Below are positions 1-8,956 of a stretch of 64,000 nt of DNA, piece after piece. Each line of letters starts with the position of its first letter. Within the stretch, counting starts at the first letter, position 1. The notes beneath the pieces were generated by a model, which had not been told where the DNA came from, made no database searches, and was given only the letters and a program-made list of their open reading frames with translations. The position numbers and the translations under genes are program-made. The DNA is taken from the sequence record NC_047995.1. One strand, 5' to 3'.

Positions 1-2
1 TT

Positions 3-380
3 GCTGGTATCAGTTTTGAAGCGACCTGTCGTCAACGTCAGACTCAAATGCTGACCGTGATTGTCGATCACTTCCCTGAGCTGGTGCGTTACGTTCTGGA
101 CTATCAGTTGCAGACAGGCGATGACAAAATCTACCTGGCGCCTGAGAACGACTTCGCACAAGCGCTTGACCTGATTCTGCATAAAGAGATCTCTGGCTAT
201 GATGACATGTACGACCTGCTGATGTTCCAGCTGGCGTATGTTGATGACTGGTACAACTTCGACTCTGCAATTCTGCCTGTGCCGTTTACGCTTCGTGCGC
301 TTGACGAACAGCGTGAGTTCTGGGATGTGAACGTTGAAGAAACTGCGGTAGTTATTACCAACGGCTTCGTCAGTCATAAC
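3..380 (+). mobile_element. Intein, C-terminal part (blocks F and G)
   Basis: FWDVNVEETAVVITNGFVSHN followed by Ser fits block F (xYDLxV) and block G (NGxxxHN) with a +1 nucleophile. His-Asn at 375-380, Ser at 381-383. Confidence 0.85.
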
Positions 381-920
381 AGTGACGTGCGGGTGCGTCT
401 GGCTTCTCGTGCAGTACCTGAAGGTTGGCCGAAGCTGAAAGATGCTCCTGGTATCGTAGGGGAGAAGTCTGTCACCGTCGAAGGTGGTACCGACCGTTAT
501 CGCTTCATCGCTGCTAAGACCATCAAGAACAAGATGGGCGGCATCCCTAACCAGCAGACGTGGTTACGTTTGTGGGAAGCTGATGGTAACGGCGAAGCGC
601 GTGGCTTTGACCCAGTGTTCGATACGTGGCACTACCTGAAAACTCTCGGTCTGGTCAACGGTACGCGTAAAGCGTTCAAGCTGAAAGCGCCGTGTCCTCT
701 CGCATCTGATGTTAAGATGGACTGGGATGACTTCCGTACTCTTATCAACGGCAGCAAAGAACAAGTTGTTGGCGTGTGTAAGAAACTGAAAGTCAAACCA
801 TCTGGCCTGCGCCTGTGGTGCTTCAAGTTCGTTCAGTCTGTCAAAGGTAACGACATGCTGAAAGCTGCAATCAGTAAGTCTGCCAAGAAGTCTGATGACG
901 ACGACGGCGACGACGAGTAA
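3..920 (+). CDS. RecA/UvsX-like recombinase, C-terminal part (5'-truncated by window), interrupted by an intein
   Basis: Frame is open from base 3. After the intein end the sequence reads SDVRVRL...KTIKNK...GFDPVFDT, matching the RecA stretch LKF(Y)-(A/S)xVRL...VKNK...G(I/F); it ends in an acidic tail. Confidence 0.7.
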   Translation, partial: AGISFEATCRQRQTQMLTVIVDHFPELVRYVLDYQLQTGDDKIYLAPENDFAQALDLILHKEISGYDDMYDLLMFQLAYVDDWYNFDSAILPVPFTLRALDEQREFWDVNVEETAVVITNGFVSHNSDVRVRLASRAVPEGWPKLKDAPGIVGEKSVTVEGGTDRYRFIAAKTIKNKMGGIPNQQTWLRLWEADGNGEARGFDPVFDTWHYLKTLGLVNGTRKAFKLKAPCPLASDVKMDWDDFRTLINGSKEQVVGVCKKLKVKPSGLRLWCFKFVQSVKGNDMLKAAISKSAKKSDDDDGDDE

Positions 921-924
921 TCCC

Positions 925-952
925 TGAGCGGGCTTCGGCCTGCTCTCCTTTC
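925..952 (+). terminator. Hairpin/terminator with cUUCGg loop
   Basis: gagcggg-cTTCGg-cctgctc followed by tcctttct, just after the stop codon. Confidence 0.55.
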
Positions 953-963
953 TGGAGTAAGAA

Positions 964-1392
964 ATGCGTACTCAAATCTATACCGCTGATATCGTTAATC
1001 TGGAGACCGTTGTCGTTGATGACGAAGGTCAAGAGACACGTAGTCCGACAATCGTTCCTAATCTCGACGGTGAGCGTGACCTGACTGTCAGCACTCTCGG
1101 TACAATCATGGCAACCGTGACTGCTGAACCAAACGCTGATGCTCGCATGATCGTTCTGGTATCACGCGCTCTGGTGCCTGCTCTCGCAGACCCTGAAGGT
1201 GACCTGTTCGATATCTTCGACCCAATCGAACGTGTTGCTGATGTTGTTGCTGGGAACGTCGGTAGCGTTCTCGGTATGCAGGTAGTAATCAACGATAAGT
1301 CCGCAGACAACGTTCTGGCTATCGCTGATGTTCTCGACAACGAAGCGGGCGTTACCATTCGCACCTTCGGCGCAGCGATCATTCGCGCGTAA
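964..1392 (+). CDS. Hypothetical protein (142 aa)
   Basis: GGAG SD; codon usage like neighbouring phage genes. Confidence 0.8.
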   Translation: MRTQIYTADIVNLETVVVDDEGQETRSPTIVPNLDGERDLTVSTLGTIMATVTAEPNADARMIVLVSRALVPALADPEGDLFDIFDPIERVADVVAGNVGSVLGMQVVINDKSADNVLAIADVLDNEAGVTIRTFGAAIIRA

Positions 1393-1463
1393 TCCTAAGA
1401 GTGGGAGCAAGCCTCCCACATCTTCCTCAACTCGATAGACCTAATTAGGTCAGGAGTAATCTG

Positions 1464-2186
1464 ATGCACAAGATGCACTTTAATCACGTACCCGGTCACG
1501 AAATGTTTGAAGGACTTATTTTTGGTTCCTACCACTCATTGAAATCACGGGAAAAACATCATCCGACACGCAAGCATGAAATGGCAGTCGTGTATGTAGA
1601 TATCACGGCCCGCGCCGCATCGGCTACCCTGTTTTCAATTCTCAAACGCCCGAATATCCCAGGTATATTGCCCGTCTCGTATGTTGATATTCAATCCCTT
1701 CGAGGTCTGACAGCGGCGCGTGAGTTCACCGTATTCCTTTCGCCGAGCCTTGACTACATCGACAATAAACAACTTGGCGTCGACCTACTTCGTTTCTTCA
1801 CTGCAATGGAAGCAACGACACGCAGCGAAGCAGCCCGTACTAACGTCTATATGCAGACGGACACTCTGAATATGCTGGACTCTATTCGTGAAGCGTCCTA
1901 TGCCTCGTATCTCGGTCCTGATTATGCGCATTCGTTCTTGGGCGATGAAACCACTAAGTCAAACATCGCATTCAAAGACGTGCTCTATTTGATCAACGAC
2001 CCTGACCACATGAAGCGCCTGGCGGAAAGCCCTGCTGATTCCATTATCTTAGGCGATGACTACCTGCATCTTAATATGCGCAGCCTCGACAAACTCGTAA
2101 GCGCATGTAAGGCAACAAGTAAGAAACTCATACTGAGTCCTAAACTTCATCGTGAATACTTCTTCAAGGTAATCTGTAAATACTGA
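1464..2186 (+). CDS. Hypothetical alpha/beta protein, distant paralogue of 3326..4093
   Basis: AGGAG SD; co-linear similarity to the 3326 protein (see findings). Confidence 0.75.
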   Translation: MHKMHFNHVPGHEMFEGLIFGSYHSLKSREKHHPTRKHEMAVVYVDITARAASATLFSILKRPNIPGILPVSYVDIQSLRGLTAAREFTVFLSPSLDYIDNKQLGVDLLRFFTAMEATTRSEAARTNVYMQTDTLNMLDSIREASYASYLGPDYAHSFLGDETTKSNIAFKDVLYLINDPDHMKRLAESPADSIILGDDYLHLNMRSLDKLVSACKATSKKLILSPKLHREYFFKVICKY

Positions 2187-2233
2187 TCACCAACCGAACA
2201 CATTGCTGTGTGTAGTCTAGCCCGACTTGGGCA

Positions 2234-2266
2234 GGGGAGAGCCGGATGGCCTCCCCATTTTTTTTT
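2234..2266 (+). terminator. Rho-independent terminator
   Basis: gggga...ctcccc stem followed by a run of 9 T. Confidence 0.75.
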
Positions 2267-2289
2267 GTCTACGGCAGCAGGAGAACAGC

Positions 2290-3279
2290 ATGTCCAAATC
2301 AACTCCTCAAATCTTCCTTGACCTGTTTCTCAAGGACGTCAGAATCTTTCTGCCTAAGTTCGACAAAGGACTTGAGGCGTATTTTCAGAAGTGCAAAGGC
2401 AAGCCTGGTATGTCTGGTGTGTCGCTTCATCAATACATGAAGTGGCTCAACCCACTAGCCAAGTGCCCAGCAGGCCCGAGTGAAATCTCCATCATAACGT
2501 CAGGCTATCTGCATTACTTCTGGCAGTTCTCAAAGCCGAACTTTGTCTTTGACCCTACGATTGTGAGTCACTTGGTTGATTCAGTATTGCCTGACGAATT
2601 ACCTGCCGAAGTGCTGCATCGACTGCCTTACTGGAGTCAGTGGATAACGATGCCTGTCAGTCTGCAAAGCAAAGACAACAGTATGCAACTGGACTTCGAT
2701 GGTGCGTTCGTAGGTTACACGAACATCAACGGCCGACCAGCACTGGCACTCGCAGCACCTTTTGTTTCTGATGACCCAAGCATACGCTCGAACGACTTCA
2801 CACCGTTCGTCACCTCATACGTTTATCTGGACCAGCCTGTTAGGACTGAGTTGCTTGTCACGAACAGTCACCTGCTCAACGTGTCGGACGAGGTGAGTCG
2901 CGATCAATTTGCATCACTGATAATCAACGTCCATCACTACCTGACGAAGATTGTTTGCTGTGTGCTGTACATCTGCTCCGAGCAACAGGCGCTGCATACA
3001 GAAGGGCACTCGCAGCCTAGACCTCAACGCTTAGGCAAAAGCTATCGCATCACTCCGCCGAAGGATGATCGTGTGATCACGCTAGGCACGGAGATGGCGC
3101 AACTACTTAAAGACTTCGAGGCAGAAGTCGAAACGTGTACTCGCGCTTTCAATGGACGCAGACCGCATCTGAGGAGAGCGCACTACCATCACTTCTGGAC
3201 AGGACCTAAAGTAGGCGAACAGGTTCTGATCTGCAAGTGGTTGCCACCGAGAGTTGTTAGAGGAACCATCCCGCAATAA
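2290..3279 (+). CDS. Hypothetical protein with C-terminal HxRRxHxHxxWxG motif
   Basis: AGGAG SD before ATG 2290; C-terminus RRPHLRRAHYHHFWTGPK...WLPPRVV. Confidence 0.8.
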   Translation: MSKSTPQIFLDLFLKDVRIFLPKFDKGLEAYFQKCKGKPGMSGVSLHQYMKWLNPLAKCPAGPSEISIITSGYLHYFWQFSKPNFVFDPTIVSHLVDSVLPDELPAEVLHRLPYWSQWITMPVSLQSKDNSMQLDFDGAFVGYTNINGRPALALAAPFVSDDPSIRSNDFTPFVTSYVYLDQPVRTELLVTNSHLLNVSDEVSRDQFASLIINVHHYLTKIVCCVLYICSEQQALHTEGHSQPRPQRLGKSYRITPPKDDRVITLGTEMAQLLKDFEAEVETCTRAFNGRRPHLRRAHYHHFWTGPKVGEQVLICKWLPPRVVRGTIPQ

Positions 3280-3325
3280 CTCGTTATCAATACTCCACGT
3301 ATGGGCGTTAGGCCCGGAGGCTATT

Positions 3326-4093
3326 ATGAAATCTCGTGTACAACATGCGTATATTCCTGATATGGAATCGTTTGACCCTTACGTCCGTTCTCTGTGCCAT
3401 ATGGCGCGAGCATTGGACACCTCAAATTCTAACTATGGTAAGTTGAAACGTGTCGTGATCATCGGTACGTCGAAGCGTGTGGTTGAAGCCTACGTTAAGC
3501 AGTTACTAAATGCGAACAATCTACCTCACACTCTCGTCTGCTTTGGTGTAGACGAACCTCCTATCAGCCACAGAGATTATTCCTACGCAGGTGCCCACGT
3601 TGTGCTTATGCACGATCTGACTTATGTTGATAGCAGCACTATGGGAAAAGTTGCTACGCGTGTCCTAGAAATCATCGACAGCCTAAAACAGAAAGAAGGC
3701 GATACTGAACTCAAAAACAGTGAGTTGTCTTTGGTATATTCGAATCCGCACCTGTGGAACTCTATCCTTGACTACGGCGCCGCGACGAGCCTGAAAATTA
3801 CTGGCAATAACATCGAATACCGTAGCGGCTTGGTTTCATCTGTAGGTCTTGATGCGTTGATGAAAAGCGAAAGCAATCAGCAGTACCACGAGCTTCGTGC
3901 AGAGACGATTACAATTGGCCTGGAGTTCTTCTGCGTACACACTGACTACCTGCTATCCAAAGTACATAACCTGTTGTGGTCGCTTGCGTGTGATGACTGC
4001 CAGTTCAAAAAGAGTCATCGCATCATCTTCCATGAAGACTTCCGTCGCTTGTTCTTTGAAGAATACATCCTCAGGGACTTCAAGGGCTTTTAA
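3326..4093 (+). CDS. Hypothetical alpha/beta protein, distant paralogue of 1464..2186
   Basis: GGAGG SD before ATG 3326; similarity to the 1464 protein. Confidence 0.75.
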   Translation: MKSRVQHAYIPDMESFDPYVRSLCHMARALDTSNSNYGKLKRVVIIGTSKRVVEAYVKQLLNANNLPHTLVCFGVDEPPISHRDYSYAGAHVVLMHDLTYVDSSTMGKVATRVLEIIDSLKQKEGDTELKNSELSLVYSNPHLWNSILDYGAATSLKITGNNIEYRSGLVSSVGLDALMKSESNQQYHELRAETITIGLEFFCVHTDYLLSKVHNLLWSLACDDCQFKKSHRIIFHEDFRRLFFEEYILRDFKGF

Positions 4094-4168
4094 GAATATT
4101 CTTAGCCTGCTCTCTAATTTCAATATGTTGGCAAGTAGTGCTGACGTATCGTTATTGGAGAAATAACA

Positions 4169-4429
4169 ATGTGCGAACGTAGCCATCTGCGGTTGAAGTA
4201 CCTCGCACGGTCATCTGGCTGGTGCAATAATAAAGTAAACGCTTGTAGTGAGCGGAAGGCGACAAACGTACAGTGCGAACAATTTTTGGAAGCAACCAAG
4301 AATTGCCGCAGCGAACAGAAGTCGTCCAGTGTAGTTTCTTTCTTCAAAGGTCATGAGCTTGTTGGTCAGGCTATATGGCATGAGATTGAAGGAGACAGCA
4401 CACTTCAATTCCGGTTGCTACTTGCTTAA
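4169..4429 (+). CDS. Small Cys-containing hypothetical protein
   Basis: GGAG SD 8 nt upstream; stop codon directly before a terminator. Confidence 0.5.
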   Translation: MCERSHLRLKYLARSSGWCNNKVNACSERKATNVQCEQFLEATKNCRSEQKSSSVVSFFKGHELVGQAIWHEIEGDSTLQFRLLLA

Positions 4430-4433
4430 TGAC

Positions 4434-4476
4434 AGAGGGCCTTTCAGATTAACATCTGGTGGGCCCTTTCTTCTTT
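4434..4476 (+). terminator. Rho-independent terminator
   Basis: agggcc...cagat-taac-atctg...ggccct followed by ttcttcttt. Confidence 0.7.
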
Positions 4477-4528
4477 ATATGCTAATTTTTATCGTCATTA
4501 ACACACAATCCTACTTCGGGGTAACACT

Positions 4529-6628
4529 ATGTCTTTGATTAATCCCAAAGGCGTCCAGTCATTGTCTGCGCCTACAAAAGCCCAGAAGGACGCCGCTGTT
4601 TATATGTTTGGCTCTAAGGGCCACTCCATCGTTGCCGTACTCGACAAGTTCAGCCGTGCAAAAGAAGTTCGCACCGCACACATCGACGGTCTGCTCAAGC
4701 TGATGAAAGAAGGTGACGATGAAGAAATCATCAAGTTCACTGCCTCGGCTGCTGGTAAGAAGTCTCTGGCTGCTGCGAAACAATTCGCTGTCGCTAAAAC
4801 TTTGGCTGCAAGCATCAAAGCACTGAAACTGGTTCGCGTTCCTTTGAAGTGGATCGCAGGTCACTCCGATGCGGCTGCTGCGCGTATCACCGAGACCAAA
4901 GAAATCCGTGCTCGTAAGACTGCTGGCAACAAGCCTGAGAAGCCTATCAAGCTCGATAATCCACATGCACCAGAAGCTGTGGACATGAGTCCTGCCGCTC
5001 TGTACGATGCCGCACACCGCGCGAAAAATACTGCACCGTTCGAAGCTGTACACAAAGCGGTGGCCGCTTCTCTGAAACAGTTTGGCCTGAAAACTGAACT
5101 GGCGATGAACAAGATCGGTGATACCTTGATTCTCGTTAAAGCTGGCAAGAGTGTTGAAGGTCGTATCTCATTCCCTTCCAGCAAACGTAAACTTGGTTGG
5201 GACAATGATGATCCGAACGCGTTCTTCCTAGGTGCGCAAAACGCCGAAGAACGTGACCTGGTCATGGACTACGTGACGACTACCTTCAAAAATGCACCAG
5301 CTACAGTTGCTAAGGCGTATGAGAAGCTGTGGGAAAAAGCTGCGGCCGGTGAGTTCGGTGATATCCCTGTACGCCGAGTGCCTGGTGCAAAAAAGCCTAA
5401 ACCTGCTGGGGCAAAACCTGTGCCAGAAGCCAAGCCCGCGGCTAAGTACACGCCGTCAGGTAAATCTGACGTGACGCTGGTGGACGAACTGGCAGAAGTC
5501 ACCGCACGTAAGATCTCTGCAAAGCCGATGCAGGCGCGTGAAGAATATTTCAATGCGCTGCGTAACGTATTGCAGAAAAATCTGCCGAAGACCGTCGTCG
5601 CTGTTGTATCGAATGGCGTTACTGTTGTAGGCAAACGCGATTACGTTATCAACCTTAACGACAACGCGTGGACGATCAAAACTGGCGTAACAGGTAAACC
5701 GAAACGTATCGGCGCAACGTTTGATATCGTTGACCTGTTGGGTATGCTGGACAAGAGCATTCTGCGCCCAAAGCCTGATGCGGCTAAGCCTGCTCCTGCA
5801 GCAGCGCCCGCAGCCGCAAAACCAGTTAAGCCTGCTCCAGCCAAGCCAGCGCCAGTGAAGAAGACTGAGGCACAAGCGTGGTCTGATCGCGGCCTGTCGT
5901 CTAAGATTGCTCGTTTGATTCCGAATCAGGCGCGCAAGCGAGACTCTTTCTATCTGGCTTTGTCTAACATTGCGTACTCTCTGCCAAACTTCGATATGTC
6001 ACGCGTCAATATCTATGACCCGGGCGAAATGCTTTCTATCACTACACAGTTCGGTGACTGGCGATTGATACGCGGCGAAGATGGCTGGCCGGAGTTGCAA
6101 CTGTCTGGGCGTCATGAATCTCCAACCGTGGCATTCACTACGTGGGACCTTGCCAAGACTCGATACGTCAATATGTTTGAGGCAATCGAAGACGGCACCT
6201 ACGCCACGAAGGAGAGACTGGTGAACAGGCTTGAAGGTATGGTTACCTCGCAGACTCATTATCCTAATGCGAAGCGACCGTACCGTGTGAACTACGATCC
6301 TGCCGACCAGAACAATTACGACTTCACGCTGATCAACATGACGCCTGAAGGTCTTCGTAAGGCCGACTTCAAGACAGTTCGTGATTTTGCCTATAACTAT
6401 ATTCAACACACCATTCAATATAGAATCGGCCACGAGAACTGGATTGAGTTCGACGACACTGGCGGTAAGCCTACGTGGAAGATTGAGTACGAAGGTAAGA
6501 AGTTCTTGCTCGAAGCTCATGGCTCCAAAGCGTGGGAACTGGTTCGCACCGACAACGGAACGAATGCACCTATCGACTTAGGCGCAACCATCGATCCGTA
6601 CAAGGTATCTAAACTGGTTATGCAGTAA
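4529..6628 (+). CDS. Large basic modular protein with Lys/Pro/Ala linkers (possibly virion- or DNA-associated)
   Basis: 699 aa; KPAAAPAAAKP-type linkers; repeated W-x(n)-(I/L)GAT(F/I)D segments; highly expressed codon bias. Confidence 0.85.
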   Translation: MSLINPKGVQSLSAPTKAQKDAAVYMFGSKGHSIVAVLDKFSRAKEVRTAHIDGLLKLMKEGDDEEIIKFTASAAGKKSLAAAKQFAVAKTLAASIKALKLVRVPLKWIAGHSDAAAARITETKEIRARKTAGNKPEKPIKLDNPHAPEAVDMSPAALYDAAHRAKNTAPFEAVHKAVAASLKQFGLKTELAMNKIGDTLILVKAGKSVEGRISFPSSKRKLGWDNDDPNAFFLGAQNAEERDLVMDYVTTTFKNAPATVAKAYEKLWEKAAAGEFGDIPVRRVPGAKKPKPAGAKPVPEAKPAAKYTPSGKSDVTLVDELAEVTARKISAKPMQAREEYFNALRNVLQKNLPKTVVAVVSNGVTVVGKRDYVINLNDNAWTIKTGVTGKPKRIGATFDIVDLLGMLDKSILRPKPDAAKPAPAAAPAAAKPVKPAPAKPAPVKKTEAQAWSDRGLSSKIARLIPNQARKRDSFYLALSNIAYSLPNFDMSRVNIYDPGEMLSITTQFGDWRLIRGEDGWPELQLSGRHESPTVAFTTWDLAKTRYVNMFEAIEDGTYATKERLVNRLEGMVTSQTHYPNAKRPYRVNYDPADQNNYDFTLINMTPEGLRKADFKTVRDFAYNYIQHTIQYRIGHENWIEFDDTGGKPTWKIEYEGKKFLLEAHGSKAWELVRTDNGTNAPIDLGATIDPYKVSKLVMQ

Positions 6629-6633
6629 AACAT

Positions 6634-6660
6634 AGGGTGGCCTCAGGGTCGCCCTTTTTT
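6634..6660 (+). terminator. Rho-independent terminator
   Basis: agggtggc-ctcagg-gtcgccct followed by a T run. Confidence 0.8.
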
Positions 6661-6747
6661 ACGTCTGAACGACCTCAAATCTGCTATGTGACTTAACTCA
6701 AACTGAGACAGACGCGTTACCTGCGATGTGCTCAAGTCTGCATAAAT

Positions 6748-6792
6748 CTGGCTAAAATAGCTATATACACGACCATGCGCCCATGATACTAT
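6748..6792 (+). promoter_or_regulatory. Phage promoter class A (CTGGCTAAAAT box + TGn-TACTAT)
   Basis: Box starts 39 bp before the -10 hexamer; one of 12 matching copies. Confidence 0.75.
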
Positions 6793-6828
6793 ATAGATGT
6801 TGCGCAATGATGCGTAGCACATACAACT

Positions 6829-6846
6829 ACTGCCAAGGGGCATACA
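6829..6846 (+). repeat. 18-bp translation-initiation repeat, copy 1 (ACTGCCAAGGGGCATACA)
   Basis: Identical to 7606..7623; each copy lies directly before a start codon. Confidence 0.85.
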
Positions 6847-7557
6847 GTGAAAGCAGCAAACTTTGATAAAGCATTCAACGCGAAAGACGAAGCAACTTTG
6901 AACGCATACGCAGCGCAAATCACCTCAGCACTTAATGCTCTGGGACGCTACGACCTGAAATTCGAAATCATCTTCGGCACTGACCCTTACGGCGAGCGCC
7001 CTGATTTTGTGAACGACCCTAACGGCTTCTGTGTGTATCAGAATGGCATTGACGTTTTCGATATCTACACCCCGACTGAAAAACAGATGGAAGGCGATGC
7101 GTCTGATGCCTTCATCTACAGTCGCCTCGTAGGCGCAACGCAAGATGTGTTGTGGGGCAAAGTTGTTTCTGACAATGACGTTGCAGAAATCGCCGAGCAC
7201 CTGAACGACTCGCTCCCACGTGTGGGGCGTATCTTCAACGAATCAGATCGCACCATGCTTCAACAAATCGCCGACGACCTGAACGCGCAGTTAGTTCGTG
7301 GCGATGCAAAAGTGATTGTGACTGAGATCGATACGAACGAGCGCCGCCTGATGTTCGTAGGCTGGGACCTTGAGGCAGATGAATGTACAGACGAGTATGG
7401 CTACTTCATCGATCTGCCATACACTGATGTGACAGGCGAAGATGCAAACTACAGCATCACATACGCAGGCTACCCGCACCCTGAACACGATTATTCATTC
7501 AGCTCCGCAGACCTTGCAGCACTTGCGCCTGAACTTGAACAACTTGACGTAGCATAA
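6847..7557 (+). CDS. Acidic hypothetical protein (early-type)
   Basis: GTG start after AAGGGG SD; first gene after a class A promoter. Confidence 0.8.
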   Translation: MKAANFDKAFNAKDEATLNAYAAQITSALNALGRYDLKFEIIFGTDPYGERPDFVNDPNGFCVYQNGIDVFDIYTPTEKQMEGDASDAFIYSRLVGATQDVLWGKVVSDNDVAEIAEHLNDSLPRVGRIFNESDRTMLQQIADDLNAQLVRGDAKVIVTEIDTNERRLMFVGWDLEADECTDEYGYFIDLPYTDVTGEDANYSITYAGYPHPEHDYSFSSADLAALAPELEQLDVA

Positions 7558-7572
7558 CAAACAACACTGACT

Positions 7573-7596
7573 GCGGGGTTACGGCCCCGCTTATTT
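7573..7596 (+). terminator. UNCG-loop hairpin/terminator
   Basis: gcgggg-tTACGg-ccccgc followed by ttattt. Confidence 0.65.
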
Positions 7597-7605
7597 CAAA
7601 TACAA

Positions 7606-7623
7606 ACTGCCAAGGGGCATACA
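7606..7623 (+). repeat. 18-bp translation-initiation repeat, copy 2
   Basis: Identical to 6829..6846. Confidence 0.85.
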
Positions 7624-7992
7624 ATGAAAATCGAAACTATCGTAAAAGCATTCGCAGAAAACAACATGGGGCCAATCAGCGCATTCGCTGAGTCAATTAT
7701 GTCTCGCCTGATTGACTGCCCTGATACAATCTCCCTCGTACCGTGCAACGTTGACGAGTACCGCGGCCTGAACCTGATGTACAAAGACCTTGAGATTCTG
7801 CTGATTCTCTTCCCTGCCTCACATGGCGATACACCTGAGTATAATATGGGCAGTGACTGGCTTGAGGTTGTCGCTTCATGTGACGCAGGCTATGAGACAG
7901 ACGCTGATGATATCGCGCATATCATTCAGAGCAAGATTCTCGCAGACTTATCGCACCACACAGCGTTACTTGATAAGTATGTAGACAAATAA
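7624..7992 (+). CDS. Acidic hypothetical protein
   Basis: SD present; phage-like codon usage. Confidence 0.8.
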   Translation: MKIETIVKAFAENNMGPISAFAESIMSRLIDCPDTISLVPCNVDEYRGLNLMYKDLEILLILFPASHGDTPEYNMGSDWLEVVASCDAGYETDADDIAHIIQSKILADLSHHTALLDKYVDK

Positions 7993-8037
7993 TAGGCTGA
8001 AAGCGCCATAGCAATGTGGCGCACAATATCGTACTAT
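7993..8037 (+). promoter_or_regulatory. Phage promoter class A
   Basis: TAGGCTGAAAG box, TACTAT 39 bp downstream. Confidence 0.65.
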
Positions 8038-8085
8038 GTAATCTCTAGCGCAATGACGCGCTCAACACTGAAAGAGGCAACAACA

Positions 8086-8331
8086 ATGTCAGAGAAACAA
8101 ATCACCATCGACGTAATCGCAGACGTAACATCGCCAACAGAAGTTGTGTTTGAAGATGGCGAGACTTCTACTCAATGGCTCGCGCCGTTCGATCTGCGCC
8201 TGACTGTATCACTGAACTGCGGCCCTGCTGGCGTGCCAGAAGTGAACATCATCGGCGATGAAGATGAACTGAAACGCTTCTTAGCCGCGAACGATCAATT
8301 CGTAGACGCTGAAATCGTAGACGTTATCTAA
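8086..8331 (+). CDS. Small acidic hypothetical protein
   Basis: GAGG SD before ATG 8086. Confidence 0.75.
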   Translation: MSEKQITIDVIADVTSPTEVVFEDGETSTQWLAPFDLRLTVSLNCGPAGVPEVNIIGDEDELKRFLAANDQFVDAEIVDVI

Positions 8332-8340
8332 CAACACATT

Positions 8341-8370
8341 AAGCGGCGCTTCGGCGCTGCTTTTCTATTT
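8341..8370 (+). terminator. Rho-independent terminator (cUUCGg loop)
   Basis: aagcggcg-cTTCGg-cgctgctt followed by ttctattt. Confidence 0.75.
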
Positions 8371-8386
8371 CTGACCTAGAGCCGCT

Positions 8387-8893
8387 ATGAAAAATCAATA
8401 TCTCATTCTTCGCATGAACGCCTCTGACCTGTATGACCGCACGTTTCTGATGCGTGGCCTTAACATGAAGCGCCTTGAAAGCGCTATCGGCGTTATCGCC
8501 GTAGTAGGCACAGGTCTGTTAACGCCTAACTCTAAAATGTATCATCTGTCTCGCGTTCGACTCGACCTGCTTGCGTCTGACACGCAACAAAGCTGGGGAC
8601 GACTGAGCTGGTCAGGCGTAGACGATCATCTCATTGATTCAGGTATGAGTCGCCTGCCGCCTGAGTTGTTCAAACGAATCGTGGCGATGCGCACTAATCG
8701 TATCTACCACGAAGTCGATACGACGATCCCCGAAGCGTTTCGTGATCGCCACACAGAGCTGGTGTACACGCAGAGCGCCGTGCGCAAAGTGATCAATCGT
8801 GAGAAGACAGGCCGACTCGAAGACTTCTCTGTAGAAGAACTCGTAGAGCACCTGAAAGACAGACTCGGCGCTACTGTCACAATCAAGCTGTAA
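8387..8893 (+). CDS. Hypothetical protein
   Basis: ORF in the gene array; phage-like codon usage. Confidence 0.75.
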   Translation: MKNQYLILRMNASDLYDRTFLMRGLNMKRLESAIGVIAVVGTGLLTPNSKMYHLSRVRLDLLASDTQQSWGRLSWSGVDDHLIDSGMSRLPPELFKRIVAMRTNRIYHEVDTTIPEAFRDRHTELVYTQSAVRKVINREKTGRLEDFSVEELVEHLKDRLGATVTIKL

Positions 8894-8956
8894 CAACTGA
8901 CTAACGTGTGGCGTTACGGCGCCACATCATCACAACTTAATAGAGAGAATCACATC

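Noticed and set aside
2227-2289. Upstream starts given by the ORF track (e.g. 2227, 3254, 11454, 17040, 33872, 48086)
   Set aside because: They overlap terminators or upstream genes and lack an SD; downstream ATGs with clear SD sequences were used instead.
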